A stretch of DNA of 64,000 nt from Dicyema japonicum. Lineage: Eukaryota; Animalia; Dicyemida. Shown here one piece after another: positions 13,744-26,970 of this stretch. A program made the position numbers and the translations under genes. The stretch is taken from the NCBI GenBank assembly GCA_011109175.1, contig RDEW01000001.1, forward strand, positions 1,922,332 to 1,986,331, read 5' to 3'. The notes below the pieces were generated by a model. The model had not been told where the DNA came from and made no database searches. It saw only the letters and a list, made by a program, of their open reading frames with translations. Positions within the stretch are counted from its first letter, which is position 1. Each line of letters begins with the position of its first letter.

Positions 13744-16134
13744 ATGAATACAAATAACCAAAATGAACTAAATTCATCCAATGGAATCGTTTCTCAGCGG
13801 TATTACGTCATGATTACCTCAAAAAACCTGAAAATGCGAGTTTTAGTCATTAATTTTATATTAGACGACAGAATTTTTACCGACATCAAGAAAATCAACG
13901 AGAAAATAAAGGAAACGAAAGAATGCCCGCTTTAAAACATTTTCCGACCGTCTGCAGGCTGTGGAGTTCCTCATGTCTGTTCAATATACGAAGAAGACTT
14001 GGAAGAGGTTCAGTCTCCTTGTCAAATTTTAGCTAACTGAGAGCTTTGAGAGGTCCTTTTACTTTGAGCCAGGTGGCCGTGAGTTGAACGTCATAAGAGG
14101 ATGATTGAGACAGGGGACTGCTCTGGGTTTTATAGGAAATCCACGAGAATCCGCGGTTCATCGTCGACGGTAACGACCTTCCCCCAATATACACGTGTTA
14201 TTCTGATTTACCAAACTAGAAGGATTCAGATACAACATAGCCCATTTGGCTAGCATGAAAAACCACTTGGACATTTTGAAGGCCCTATTTGACTCAATTG
14301 GAGTCAACGACCCCATGAAAAGACTGTACCTTCGGCAAGTGAGGAGATGATTGCTAAGCGGGTTGGGTACATCGTCGACCGGTATTTGAACACACCAGAG
14401 AAAGGGGTAGCTAGGGATCTTATTTGGTAGAATTGTGAGACTCCACTCCACTTGGCCTCAAAGTTTGGCCACGAGGAGATTATTTCATTCCTCGTTGGTC
14501 ATCCTAAGACCGACAAAACTCTGAGAAATAAAGAGAAAAAATTGCAAAAGATGTATTTTTTAAATTTTAATTGTATTCCATGTGCATAAGCGAACCTTAA
14601 TTGACTTTTTGCTTTTATGTGTTTTCGGTGGTGCTGGTAATAATAATAATTTAGCGTGCATTTGAATTTAAGCGGGATTCATGTATTTGTCTTGTTGAAC
14701 ATAATAACTCAAAGCGGTAATTGCCATTTTTATATTTTGATGGAAATTTGGGATTAGATTCTCTTAATTTTACGTTAAAATCATTACATTTAATTAATAT
14801 ATTACATCAAATTACTAATTCAATATATACCCTCTCATTTTAAGATAATTTTTATCGTTTGAATTTAAGCGGGTAATTTTGGCGAATTTCTAGTGTGACA
14901 TATGAATAGTGGATGATTTGCTTATATTATGGTTTTGCTGTTTAAATGCTAATATTTTAATGTGCAATTTTTAGATTGTATGTAGTCGGTGCAATGCAAG
15001 TCAAGAAGATATAGCTAGAATAACTGAGATATTTGATGGTAATTTTCCATATGATTACCATAGCCGAGTTTTATGTTGCATTGGTGGATGAGGATGAGAT
15101 GCGCTCTCCTAAGCTTGTATCTCCACTAAGACTAAACTCAAATAACGGATTAAACCCGAAAACAAAAATAAGAGGATTGGCGGGACCCACTTCTTCCCGA
15201 AAGGCAATCTCCCTTACTAAAATGTGGAGAAAAACAGTTCGTACTCCTTCACAAAAACCAGTAAGGGATATAAATCAGTCATTTCATCAAACAGGGCGGT
15301 ATACTTTGTTCTAATTATCTCAGTGACCTCACAACAAGAATGAGCGTGAATTGGATGGAATACTGGGACTTTTTGAACTGTTATGAGGACCTAAGATCTC
15401 CTAGAGGACTTTGGCTGGTCGAAGAATTCCTTATAAAACGACTGTTGATGACTCTGGTCCCCCATTTTATCCCTTCTGGAATTGAGGGTGCAGACTCTGA
15501 AGATTTCCATAGTATCTGTTCAGAGGAATCGTTCACTAGTTGTTGCAGTGAATTTAACGATCAATCTCCCTACGGAAAGTACCCTCAGTTGATTCCATGG
15601 GGAAGTGACCATATCTGTCGAATCAAATTTTGTTGTTGTACTGCCATTGACTCCAGGAAAGGAACCATTAATGTGAATTTCCCGCTTTCTCTGTCTAATA
15701 TTGAAAATACGACTGAGTGCTTTGTGGAGTTTTGTTCTCATAATTTCGTTTTTACTGGGAGTGAGATGATCACTGAAATAAAAGATCTGCTAATCTTGTG
15801 GCGTAATTGTCTCCAGAATGAACCCCCAGTTGTTTATCGGTGCAACGGGAACTTTACTAGTGCTTTTAGCCTGAAATCTGTGACTGAGTTTGTATTTTCT
15901 CACCAAATGGATGAAATTCGTGTTTCCTTTCCGAAAGGCGGGAGTTCTCATAGATTGAGTTTGATTGTTGAGTGTGAGTGTGGGGATTGTGAGGATGTGC
16001 GGTTTTATATTGGTGGTAGTAAATTTTACACTGAATGCTGGAATTTTTATGATTTCCTTGAAGATGTATTTGAGATTGGACAATATCCACTCATCAGTAG
16101 GTGGAGAAGTCTTATTAAAAAATTTGATATGTAA
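13744..16134 (+). CDS. ANKLE2: Ankyrin repeat and LEM domain-containing protein 2 orthologue (no LEM domain evident); several apparent 1-nt deletions in the 5' half
   Basis: 'NARFKTF', 'ENPRFIVDGNDLP..EGFRYNIAHLA', 'YIVDRYLNTPEKG|NCETPLHLASKFG', 'IRGLAGP...WRK', 'WMEYWDFLNCYEDL..RGL', C-terminal 'QYPLISRWRS'. Micro-introns plus one 422-nt intron (14553-14974). Confidence 0.88.
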
Positions 16135-16499
16135 TTTGTTTTTTGACTTATTGGTCGAGTAAATATGTATTATATCGTGTGCCAGTTACTAATAGTGTTT
16201 TGGGTTCTCTTTGCATGCTATATGGGATAAAATGATATTTCGAGAGGCTACAGTAAGCTCGGAAGGTTGATACACCTCCATTAGGAAGCGTTTGATGTAT
16301 GGTTAAAGTCTCATCTGGAACTAAATTGGAGGAACTTGTCAAGTCTGTCTTATGATGACCCGATTGGGTGTGAGCGAACCCAACTGCTATCCAATTAACG
16401 ACTTGGTTCAATTCTTTTGAAATCCAAAATGCATTGGTTTACAGTCAATAGATATTAATTGAAAGAGTGTCATTAAAAGTGGAGAGTTCAAAAATATTA

Positions 16500-16720
16500 T
16501 TAAAAGCACTTCGAATCATCCTCTCCGTCAGAAATCGTCGCCAAAGTTAGTCTCATAACAACCGCCGATATGTCTTTATTCAAGATAGTCGGAAGTGTTG
16601 TTCTTGGTCTTCCACGGAATCTGGCTCTTATATGTGCGTAGTAGTTGCCCATTGCAACATTTGCGGGGGCCTGGTAATTTAAACGTAACACGTGGCCTAA
16701 GAGGGTCCATCATGATTAGA
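16500..16720 (-). mobile_element. RTE-like LINE 3' fragment
   Basis: 'LGHVLRL...RFRGRPRTTLPTILNKDISAV', near-identical to 26745-26929. Confidence 0.7.
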
Positions 16721-17199
16721 AAATATCATCTGACAGCCCTTATGTCTTTTTAAACGCTTTGATATCTGAGAAACTATTGAAGACGTACATGGACCTGATC
16801 GAAGAGTGGTGTAGTGATAACTTTCTTTCAGTTGAACATGAGAAGTCTCGTCTGGTGAAAATAACTGGGAGCAGGAGGATAGCTAACCTAAAGAAGACAT
16901 ACCTCGGAAGAAGACTATTAAATACCTTGGCCTCCTAATTGACGAACGAGGTAATTTTATGAACAGCCAAATAATAAAGTCACGAACGCTCTGTTCTGCA
17001 TTAAAAAATTAAAGCTCGAGCCGGAGACCTTTGTTTATGTCTTCAACTTCGCAATACTTCCTGCGATGTTGTACGGTTTAGAACAGGATCACAATCATTT
17101 CGCTCCGAGGGCCGAATTTATAATAATTTCTCATAAAGGGAAGATTTGTTTTGATAAATTATTTTTCAGAATATATTTATTATAATGAAAAAAAAGAAA

Positions 17200-17886
17200 G
17201 CAGGTATTCCAACCTCCAAATATTTAGCTTTAAGTATAGAATCTGATTGGATTTGCTGTTAATAATGAAAATTGTTGTTCAAAGACGAGAAATATTTTAG
17301 AAATGAAACACTTAGTTCATCTGACAACTGAGTTATGAGCTTGTCTTTGCCCTGTAATCCCTGCGATTCCAAATTAAGGTCGTTCATATGTGTGGTAATA
17401 TCCACTGCAAATGGCAAATTTTTGATCCAAGATTGACTTTTCATTTTGTCTGTGTTTAGGCCTTTCATTTCCATGAATAGAATTATTTCCGGTCTCAAAA
17501 AATAAAATCTTTTCACAACTTTGTAAAGTGATAACAAGCGGACTGGAGTATGTCACTGAACTGATTATTCCGGTGGTTGAGGCCATGACCTCTGATATAG
17601 TTTAATGTTTTCGTGACCAAACTAATCGTATTTTCCATTTTTAAAATTTTTGAGCACAAATTTTGCTGATGAATAATACAATGAAAGTGAACAATGACTT
17701 ATTTCTTAGTTTCAAGCGAAGCACGTGACATTGACAAGATTTACAAATATTATTAAAAAATTAATTAAATGTAAGACTAACAAAAAGATTTTTTGTGTTT
17801 TATATCCATTAATCGGGGCGTACTTATGCTTGTCGAGGACTGTTATCACTACAAAAAGTTGTGAAAAAATTTGGTTGACACCCCTG
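17200..17886 (-). mobile_element. hAT (Charlie/GTF2IRD2-type) transposon remnant, internally deleted
   Basis: Minus strand begins CAGGGGTGTCAACC next to a TCTAGA-containing 8-mer (gtctagaa); carries 'FHCIIHQQNLC' (CxxH) and 'AVDITTHMNDLNLE.QGKDKLI'. Confidence 0.75.
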
Positions 17887-18041
17887 GTCTAGAAGGAGGG
17901 TACGTCCTAAAAAGGAGAGACTTAATTTTAAAAAATAGAGATAACGCGTAATTTTGCTCTAGGGTTGCTTACGGGATAAATCCTCTCTGCGTGGTTAATT
18001 GGTTAAGTTTTCCGCTTGCTTGTCTGTTCCTCCTCTCTTCC

Positions 18042-18121
18042 TAATAAAGTGGCGTCTTGTGATCCACCTGTTTAGGTGACGCCCAGTGCCAGGCCGACAC
18101 GAAAAAGGATCATTTGCTCTT
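18042..18121 (-). repeat. ~85-bp dispersed stem-loop repeat, copy 1 (others at 26974-27058 and 46293-46369)
   Basis: Shared + strand pattern 'gtggYgtcYtgtgRYccacc...gtgWcRcc...gaaaa...ttgctct'. Confidence 0.6.
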
Positions 18122-18489
18122 TTTTTCTAGTTAAAAACAAAAAATTATTAGTTCATTGATAATTTCTCTCATAATGTATCGTTTCATCCTTCTGAAGTAT
18201 TCTCACAGTCTTCAGGGGTAATCAATTTGAAAGATGAGATATCTTACTGTTAATCATCAATAGTAGCCTTTCTTTTCAGATAACTCTTCCATTTTGAGAA
18301 CATATTCTCAACTGGATTAAGGAATGATGAGTATAAAAGAAGATTTAGTATCTTGAGGTTGTGGATTACTTCGTTGAGTCCACTATAATGGTGAATCTTA
18401 GCTAAATAAGGATCCAAAATTCCAACAAACTCTCTTTATTTGAATCAAGATATTTTTTATATTTATAAATAAATTAAATTAGCGTGCTA

Positions 18490-20260
18490 AATACGTCTAG
18501 TGAAGAATTCAAGTGATCCCGGCATCTCTCAATAATCGGGCCATTTTTTCTCGATGCTCCGACCGTGATCTCATGCATTTTCTATACGGACGGGAGTCTT
18601 TTTCCTTTCCTCTTCTGAAATTGCCTCCAGTTGCCTCTATGATAGACTCGAGTGCTCTGGGGGCAATTTCTTTATCTGTATATTTTTCCAGTAATTTTAT
18701 TGCTCTTGACTGGATCTCTTGAATTTTTGTTAGGTTCGTTGCCGACAGGTTAGATCCCCATGCAGCACATGCATAGCCTATTGTTGGCTCGACATACTGC
18801 TTGTAGAGGGTCCCGAAATCTGGCGGATAAATTCCGCCACAGTTCCAAAGAAAGGCTTTACAAAATTGATCTTTTTTGCACAGGTTGATATGATTGATTC
18901 CACATGGGCTGAGAAGCAGAGGAAAGTATCAAAAGTTACTCCCAGTATCTTCTGCGATTTCTTTTTTGGTATAGGTACTCCATTTAACGTGACATCAATT
19001 GTTTGCGTTCCCATCATTCTATTCTTAGTAAATGGAGTGACTGCTGACTTTTAGGAACATGCATTTAATCGATTTTCGCACAACCATCCATATATGTTAT
19101 TTACTATTCCTTATATATTGTTTTTAGCGTTTTTGGCATTTCGCAGCATCCTCCACATTTTGGTAAGTGAACTATTTTTTTGCATAGCTCTAGAAATTCG
19201 GCTCAGTTTTGTTTTTTGGAGAAGTTTTGTCTTTTCGCTGATCTTCATGTTCAGTGCACGGATTCTGTTAGTATCATGTTTTGTCAGGTGCTTTTTACGT
19301 TTGAAACAATTCCTTTCTTTTATTAGTTGGATTGTCCTTGCATCATATTTCTTCTTGGTGAGTTTTAATATTCCTTTTCTGACAAATAGTTTTCTCTCTT
19401 CCAGAATCACCTTATTGAAGTGATAGACTGCTCTATCAATTGAGTTGAATTATTCGGATGGAAATTCAATAGGGCCGAATCCACGTATCTTCTGAATCCT
19501 GTCCAGTCAGCATTAATATAGTCATAAAATGATGTGCTTTTACCGCGTCATTGGCGTACAATTGATCTTGATCAGAATGGGATTATAGTCGCTTCCTAAG
19601 TCATAGTTTAGAGACCAGCATATAAGCGGAGCAAGCCGTGGTGAACATAACGTAATATCTGGTGATGTAACCGAATCCTTGCTATTATATGGGGTTCGTG
19701 TATTCCTAATTGGGTCGTTCATAATCGACAGATTTTCTAATTGGGAAATAATATGAAATCCCCTTGTGTCTGGAGGTTATTTCTCATTCCACGAAGGGTG
19801 CTTGGCATTAAAATCTCTGGACACCAACAAGTTTTCCATCATATCTAGGGTGAACAAATCCATAGAAAATCCTTTTGCACAGGACCTGGAGGGGGAACAT
19901 AGACGTTGGCGATAATAATAGCTCCGAGAGGTCTGTAACGAAATCCCAATAACTTATGTGTTTGCGTCTTCTATCAAATTTCTGAATATGGAGGAGTGTT
20001 ATCAAACATAATACCTCTCCTGACGAGGGTCAATAGTCCTCCACCTCGACCGATTGTCGGTCGACTCTCAATACATTGAAACCGTAAATTTAGAGAGGAT
20101 TTCCCAAAAGCTTGGTCTCTTGTAAAAACAGATATCAATTTTATTCTCCAAATATAAGCTCAGTTCGGATGCCTTGACTCTAACTCCGTTAATGTTCAGG
20201 CTAAGTATCTTTAAAACGTTTGGTCCCGGATTCATTTCAACATCTCACGGATATGTAAGC
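18490..20260 (-). mobile_element. Jockey/I-like APE-RT LINE with the RT core deleted
   Basis: 'VEMNPGP..LKILSLNINGV', 'NDPIRNTRTP..TSPDITL..SDYNPI', then directly 'KILGVTFD..FSAHV'; related to 51130-53606. Confidence 0.8.
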
Positions 20261-20475
20261 ACGGATATGTAAGAAGTGCCGTTCAAGGGGAACTCCTCTG
20301 GATAGTCGAATTCTATAATCAAGAAGAATTCTTTAATGTCGAAAATCTTGAGTCTATTGAAAAGCTTGAATCTTCAATGATCCGAACTCTAAAAAAGAAA
20401 CAAATCAAAACTTACTGATTTTTTGCTTATAAATAATTTTTTTGACTTACATTATTAATAGATGAAAAAATCAAT

Positions 20476-20541
20476 AAGTCTCTCGAATTCGCCAGATTTT
20501 GCCGATCCCCGAAATTTGCGGATTCGAGAGACTTTACTGTA
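20476..20541 (-). mobile_element. pogo/Tigger-type MITE terminus
   Basis: Minus strand reads TA|CAGTAAAGTCTCTCGAATCCGC with an internal palindromic repeat; the same terminus occurs at 58073-58106. Confidence 0.65.
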
Positions 20542-20708
20542 CTATGTAAATTTTGTTCTAAAAGTTTTGATTAAATTTTTGAGCTGTCCAGGGATATGTA
20601 TAAAAGACAGTTTTTGGGACGAATTGTCAGATCAATACTGAATCGTCAACTTAAGACTAAAGTTGATTAAGTTTATAGAAAAAGGTTTATTATAAACAAC
20701 AAATGTAA

Positions 20709-23700
20709 TTAATCAGTTTGAAGTAAAAGGTGCATTTGTTGACTAATGGCTGAAATAAATCGTTTCGAGAGTAAAACACCATCTTCATCAGTAAACGGGA
20801 TTGTCTAAGATAATAATAAATTCATACATCTGATAAAATTTCAAATCTTTTAAGTATTTCTTCATTAAACTCAATTTTAATTTTGGAGATAAATCTCACA
20901 AGAACTTGATTACTATTCTGTTGTTTATTAGTGACCACATCTATAATGAGAACATGACAAATACTGGAAAAGAACGACGAGTAAGAGGAGACAGAAACGA
21001 CCGATTTTTCAGTAGTAAGAAACTGAATGTGCTGCCATAAAACAAAGAGCATAGACTCGACAATTTCTAGAATAAGTGAAATATCAACCATAAAACATTC
21101 TAATACGACGTACGAAGGCGATGGAACTATTTTCATTAAATTTCGCCAATTCAACCAAATAAATATCAATCAGATTTCGAATCGTCCCCAGAAATGAGTG
21201 AGACGAGATTTTGTCTGCATTGAGACCAAATATAACCTTTCTCAGAGAATGACACAAAATTATCAAATACAAACGACATCTTATCGGAGAGTCTACAATC
21301 AAGTCGACAAACCAACCAAAGGTCAAAGATCGGGAAAAATGAGCAATCAAGTTCATGAGTTTGATAATAAACGTCGATTCATCATCATTTTTGACATTAC
21401 AAAACGAATATGTGAGCCTAAATAGAAAAGACTTGACTACCTAATAAAAAGATCCACAAGATGCCGATCAAGGGCTCCTATTTGGAGAATATTCTTAGTC
21501 TGAGATGACGATGGGGCTGAGTTTACGATAAAATACTACCTTTAGCCATACAAATAGCCAGAAATTCACAAAATGACTGAGTTTCAGTGATATTGTCCCC
21601 GGAAATGACATTAACGAACGTTTCGTGACTTGCAGACATTACATTTGATATTGTCCGGTCCAGGATTTCCTGTCCAAGTCCCAGAGAATTGACCAGCTGT
21701 GTCAGAATCTTCATAAAAGGGATAAAAACACGTCGAAAGTTTATTTGTTGCCTAAATACTCAAAATAGAAAACAACTGAGCCTCTATAGGACGAACAAGG
21801 GGAGCTTTGAGAGAACTTAGGACATCAAGGCACCCGCAGTAGACTAGCAGTTCACAACCCTTCGTTATGGAAGACACAGCCAGGATAAAATACTACTCAA
21901 TAATTGTCATTTCATACAAGTTTGAACGAATAAAGAACGATATCTTGTTGGAATTGGGAATCAGACATAAATTTACTGTGATTCTGATATTCCTTGTCAT
22001 GTGTGTAAATACTTCGCAACACGTGCAACAAAAACCCTCCCAATTGAAGACTTCGCACAAAGCGAGGGATTCCCAATAGGTTACTAATCCCCATATTTCG
22101 GCTGTTTATTACAAAAAACGTGGATAAAGAAACAGCAGACAGCTAAAAACTAAGAATAAGCAAAACCTGCAGGTAGGGATCCTCACTGCACATATCCTGT
22201 AGGATATTCTCGTGTAAATTCTTATTATCGCCTTCATTCTTGTTATACGTCGAATCTGAGTAATGAACAACCAACAACCATTATTTAGCAGAGAAATGAG
22301 TCTGACCGAATAATATATGCTCGAATAGTAAGAAACCCGGATTTGGGGATTGTTTGGAATAGGTACAACTAAACAGTCACATGCGGCCACAACCAGAAAA
22401 TTCAGCCAAGAACTCAATGATAAGGTTGAGAGTGTAAATGCATAAAGTCCCCTCAGAATCACCAATTTGGATGTTATCAGCGAATATTAAAGTCAAAGTT
22501 TCGAGAATGCAACACAACAGGTCGTAGGCGGGGACATTTTTATAGGCCAACTCCCCTAAAATCTAAAATTCTCACAAAATTAAACGTTTTCGTGGAAAAA
22601 GTGCACGAGATTAAGCAAAAACGGAACCAAATGATCTTTAGTTAGATCAAAGGTGAGTCGATCATAGGTAATGAAGAGTTGTATCGACCTGTAAAGACTG
22701 TCCAAAAACAGAGATTTCGCAGAATTATCGGAAATACTGCGATTATACACTTCCGCGCCTTTAATGAAGGATTCGACAATTTGGTTCTATTCTCAGAACC
22801 AAAAGTACCTGTAATCCCATCCTTCTAAGGTAGAAATTCATCAGATTAACGTCATAGAGTTCCCCGTCCTTTAAAAACGCCGGTAACCGCTTTCCCTGGA
22901 GTTTTAGCTCATCGACATCAACAACACAATCATTACAAGACATCATAATCACAATCAGATTCGATAAACTTCTATCTAAAACATCACCAATGATAAAACC
23001 TGAAATAAACGAATCCCGAATGACTTCGAAATAACGGAATTCACCAGAATCAACGGTAAAGGCTATATTTGAAGAAATAATCTTGATAACATTCAAGGCC
23101 GGTATGAAATCCTCTAATCATCTTTACCCAAAATAACCATTTTTAATCCAAAAAAGTAGTTGCTCCATCAAATCCTTATAAAATTTGTCATTTTGAGAAG
23201 TAATACAGTCCATCACAGGCACTATGTAATAGTGTCCCTGTTCATCATCACAGAAATCATCGAAAGACAGGAACTGCAAAACTGGGAGTCAGTTTTCCGC
23301 CACTCAAAAAGTCGTTTCAGTATCAGAGTGAAGCAACTAAACTCATCACAGCGAAAATGTTCTGATAACGTGTCTACAAAATGACTGGGGGTTCCACTGG
23401 ACTCTTGTGAGACACACAAAGTGATCAAATCAACCAAAGCCACGACAAAGTTAACGTGGTAAATATTCATCCGGTCTGAAATAATAAATACGAAGGAAAC
23501 CTTCATTTTCTAATCTCAGGAATATCGACATGAGGATTTTCTTGATAGATTTTGACATTGAATCCACATGGTTCTAAAATTACACCAGAAACTCACGTCG
23601 AACGTCCAAAACAGATTTTCAGCATTCAAAAAATTATACTTACAGAACATTTTGAGCGTTTGCATGGAGGAAAGTCCTAGAAAGGGGAATTCCTCATAAT

Positions 23701-25814
23701 AGTCCAAATATCTGCTTACACAACCCAACAAACTTCATAACAGCGAGGAGAGAATTATTTGGAAGTGAAAGTTCAGACGAAGGATAGACCCTTTCAATCT
23801 GTTTTGGTGAACAGATAACATTGTAAATCAAATCGATGCAGTTTTGAGCAGTTTCTACAACCAATGACAGATTTTCTGAAATTACAACAAATTTACTGGG
23901 TGAAACGGAATTTTCGGCGATAATTTCCTTCCCAGAGTTCAAAACGTCCAAGATCTATAAAATTACATAATTCGAGAACGCAGTCGAGCAAGTAATTTGT
24001 CATTATATCATCCATATTGCTGTATTTTGAAGAAGCCGAGAATAAGCAGTCGTTTTTGAGTTCAATTGCGAAGTTACAAAATAGTAATGTTGACTTTTCG
24101 TAAAATTTCCACTAAAACTCACGTTTTATAACAACCATTGAAAAATCAGAGTAAGAGGGATCATTCGATATTAAACGCGAAAATTGTGAACCGTAAAAAT
24201 ATAAAATATTGTAGAAAGTATCACTGACAGCGACAGACACGTGATAACAAGTCAAAAGAGAACTCGTAAAGGCAGCAAATGAAGTTAGAAGCTGGAAATA
24301 GTGATCCTTATTTCCTCCCCACTCAAAGTTGGCAACATGCTGGGAGATCTAAAACTAAAATTCAATTTAACGTCCAAATGAGTTCTCAGTGCCTCCCAAG
24401 TCATCGAAGCAAACTTGGATGAGTAAACAAGACTGGAAATAAGATCATAGGCCCTCGCCTTCAGTAAATAAGGGGTTTGAAAAAACACGATCTGAATAAG
24501 CACGTGCATAAAGTCACACTGGCATCCTTTAACCCCGTTCACCCAATTTTCCAATTCACTCAAAGTAGCGGGATTCTAGACATTAGAAAGACGGGACTTT
24601 GTTAGTTAAAATTGAAAGCAGTTCAACGGAGACGCAAAAAATGTCCAAATCATCGTCAGAGATTGGGGGAATGTTTGAAGAAGCAAACTGAGACAAGTAA
24701 TCCTGAATCGCCTTGAAAATAGTGTGCCACGTGATGCTTCCATTTCCAAGGGCTGTTTTAACAAAAACCCAAACCATTAGGGGCATTTTCTGACAGTAGG
24801 AGCTCAAAGCAGGACAACCTCGAGGGATAATCCGCGGAAACCGATAGGGATTTGACAAGTCGGAGATAGAAAATAACGTGAAACTGAGAAATATCCTGTC
24901 CAACATAAACGAGAAAATTATAAAGGAATTCCTTAGCATAAAACTGAAAATATCACCGATTTATTTGAGATTGAATTCTTGCGAGTGGTTGTTTGGTGTT
25001 CTCCCCAGAAATCGGTAGAATGGGAAAGGTGATTATTCTCGTAAAAACATGAAAGCTAAAAATAGCCCTTAAAAGTCACACAAGCATGAAAAATCGAATG
25101 TAAGGCGAGGCGTGGAGCAAATGAATCCTCAAGACTCTCGGAGGCGTCCCTCATTTTCTTGATCTAAAAATAACACGTGATAAGACCGTGAATGGGTAAA
25201 GCGATATGAAATCTGTGAGGAGAAGGTGAATTCGGTCGATAAAAATGGTCTACGAATTAATGGGAGACAAACCTTAGAAAAAATACTGGGAAATGACGAT
25301 AAGATCGAGTAATAGTTTCCGAAACAGTTCCTATTCAGGCATTCGTTTAAAAGAACGTCATCCTCCCCCGACCCTAAAATTCAAACGAGGGAAACCTCTG
25401 GGTTTTGATTTCGCAAACTTATCAGTACAAATGATCAAAGGGAGGGCCAAAACACTGGCAAAATCTGCAGTGACCCACTGATTGTAGTTGAATATAGAAT
25501 TCTGTAGAGTCTCAAGAAAGTTCTTTGAAGGAACTATCTTTTTAGATTTCAAGTACCTTGGTCAAAATTGAGATTGTGGACGACTGTCATTATGAGTTCT
25601 ATTAAGTTGGCAGTGCAGGAAGAATCAAATTTACATCTTTTAAGGCATTCTATTATGTTGATGAGGCTGGTTTCGGTCAAAATATATTTTTCCTCGTGTT
25701 TGAAATGGATACTGTTTATTCTATAACTATTTTCAACGAAAAATGAATTTATCTACTCAATTCGTTGACAAATTTAACCTGTTTTGTAATTTCATCCTCA
25801 ACGTGATGCTGCAT
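20709..25814 (-). CDS. NUP205: Nuclear pore complex protein Nup205, many micro-introns
   Basis: 'RIHLLLTDFISLYPFT|IKKMRD', 'ITWHTIFKAIQDY..ISDDDLD', 'PYLLKARAYDLISSL..MTWEAL', 'SRYLDYYEEFPFLGLSSMQTL', C-terminal 'RFISAISQQMHLLL' with TAA at 20709. The start codon is tentative. Confidence 0.85.
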
Positions 25815-25944
25815 GCAAGAATCAAAATTTTGAATTTTAAAGTTTATTTTAAATTTAAAAACAAATCAATATTTTATTTTCTGTTAACGTTTTATAATAT
25901 TTTATGTTTTATTGAAGAAAGAAAATAGAGTAAACGATTATATA

Positions 25945-26150
25945 GAGGCTGCCCTGACTGCTTAGCTATTCCCTCTCAGGATGGCGTGCAAGATTTGCTC
26001 GAATAGCCAGCAGCGCTCACAAGGGTCTCGTTTTCGTGTAGCGATCCGATTCCTTAGACGATTCAAAAATTCCAGCGTCGCAGGCGCGAGGGAACCAGAC
26101 GTCTCAACGGCGAGTGAAACAAATAAAAAATCCTTGGGTAGGACCGCTTA
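25945..26150 (-). mobile_element. CRE-like retrotransposon 3' end
   Basis: Clearly homologous to 31510-31695; encodes 'VETSGSLAPATLEFL...DPCERCWLFEQILHAILRGNS'. Confidence 0.78.
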
Positions 26151-26739
26151 CTTTTTTATGTTTTATTGAGTGTTCAAGTTCATTTTGAGTGCCTTAGATA
26201 TGATCAAAATTGGAAATTTAAACTCACTCATTATTCTTACCTCTTTGATGACCACAAGACAAGCCACTAGTTCTCTTGTCCTCGGACCGCCTTCAATTTC
26301 TACTTTTCGATAGGTCCATCTGACTAATCTCTAGATCGTCCATTTTGGCTGTTACGTTCTTGTTAGCCACAAGTTTCCAAAAACTCACAGTCATTTTGAA
26401 ATTTACCGAATACCCAAAAATCAAAATTAAGGATAGCTGAGATTATAATTTAGTTTAACGATCTGTTCCGTATTATAATTTTCTCTCATAAACTTCCATT
26501 ACTAAAATGAAAAGAGCGTCTAAATACAACCTTTCTTGAATCTTTTCTTTCTTTTTCATGAGAGTCTTCTTTCTAGGTTTATCTGAGTCAATTACATCGT
26601 GCAACCAAGAAATGAGTTTGATAGTTAAGTAAAATGTCATAATATTGCAATTGGTATTGTGTTCGGTTCCCTTTACTGGCTACTTGGTTCAATGTTTCTC
26701 TTCGTTTCCTCTGTTCTTTTTTTATTTTACTAAAATAGG

Positions 26740-26970
26740 AGCCGGATTCAGCGGAAAGCCAAGAACGACACTTCCGACTATCTTGAATAAAGATCTATCG
26801 GCGGTTGGCATGAGACTAACTTCGGCAGACGACCTGGACTACCTAAGAGAACTAGCGCGCAACAGAGGATCATGGTCGAGGTTGACGGGGAGGATGATTA
26901 GGAATACGGCACAAGGGGAACTTAACTAATTTATGTTTTCTCGGGAGTGCTTTTTAATAATAATAATAAA
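26740..26970 (+). mobile_element. RTE-like LINE 3' end with (TAA)n tail
   Basis: 'KPRTTLPTILNKDLSAVGMRLTSADDLDYLRELARNRGSW' followed by taataataataa. Confidence 0.75.
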
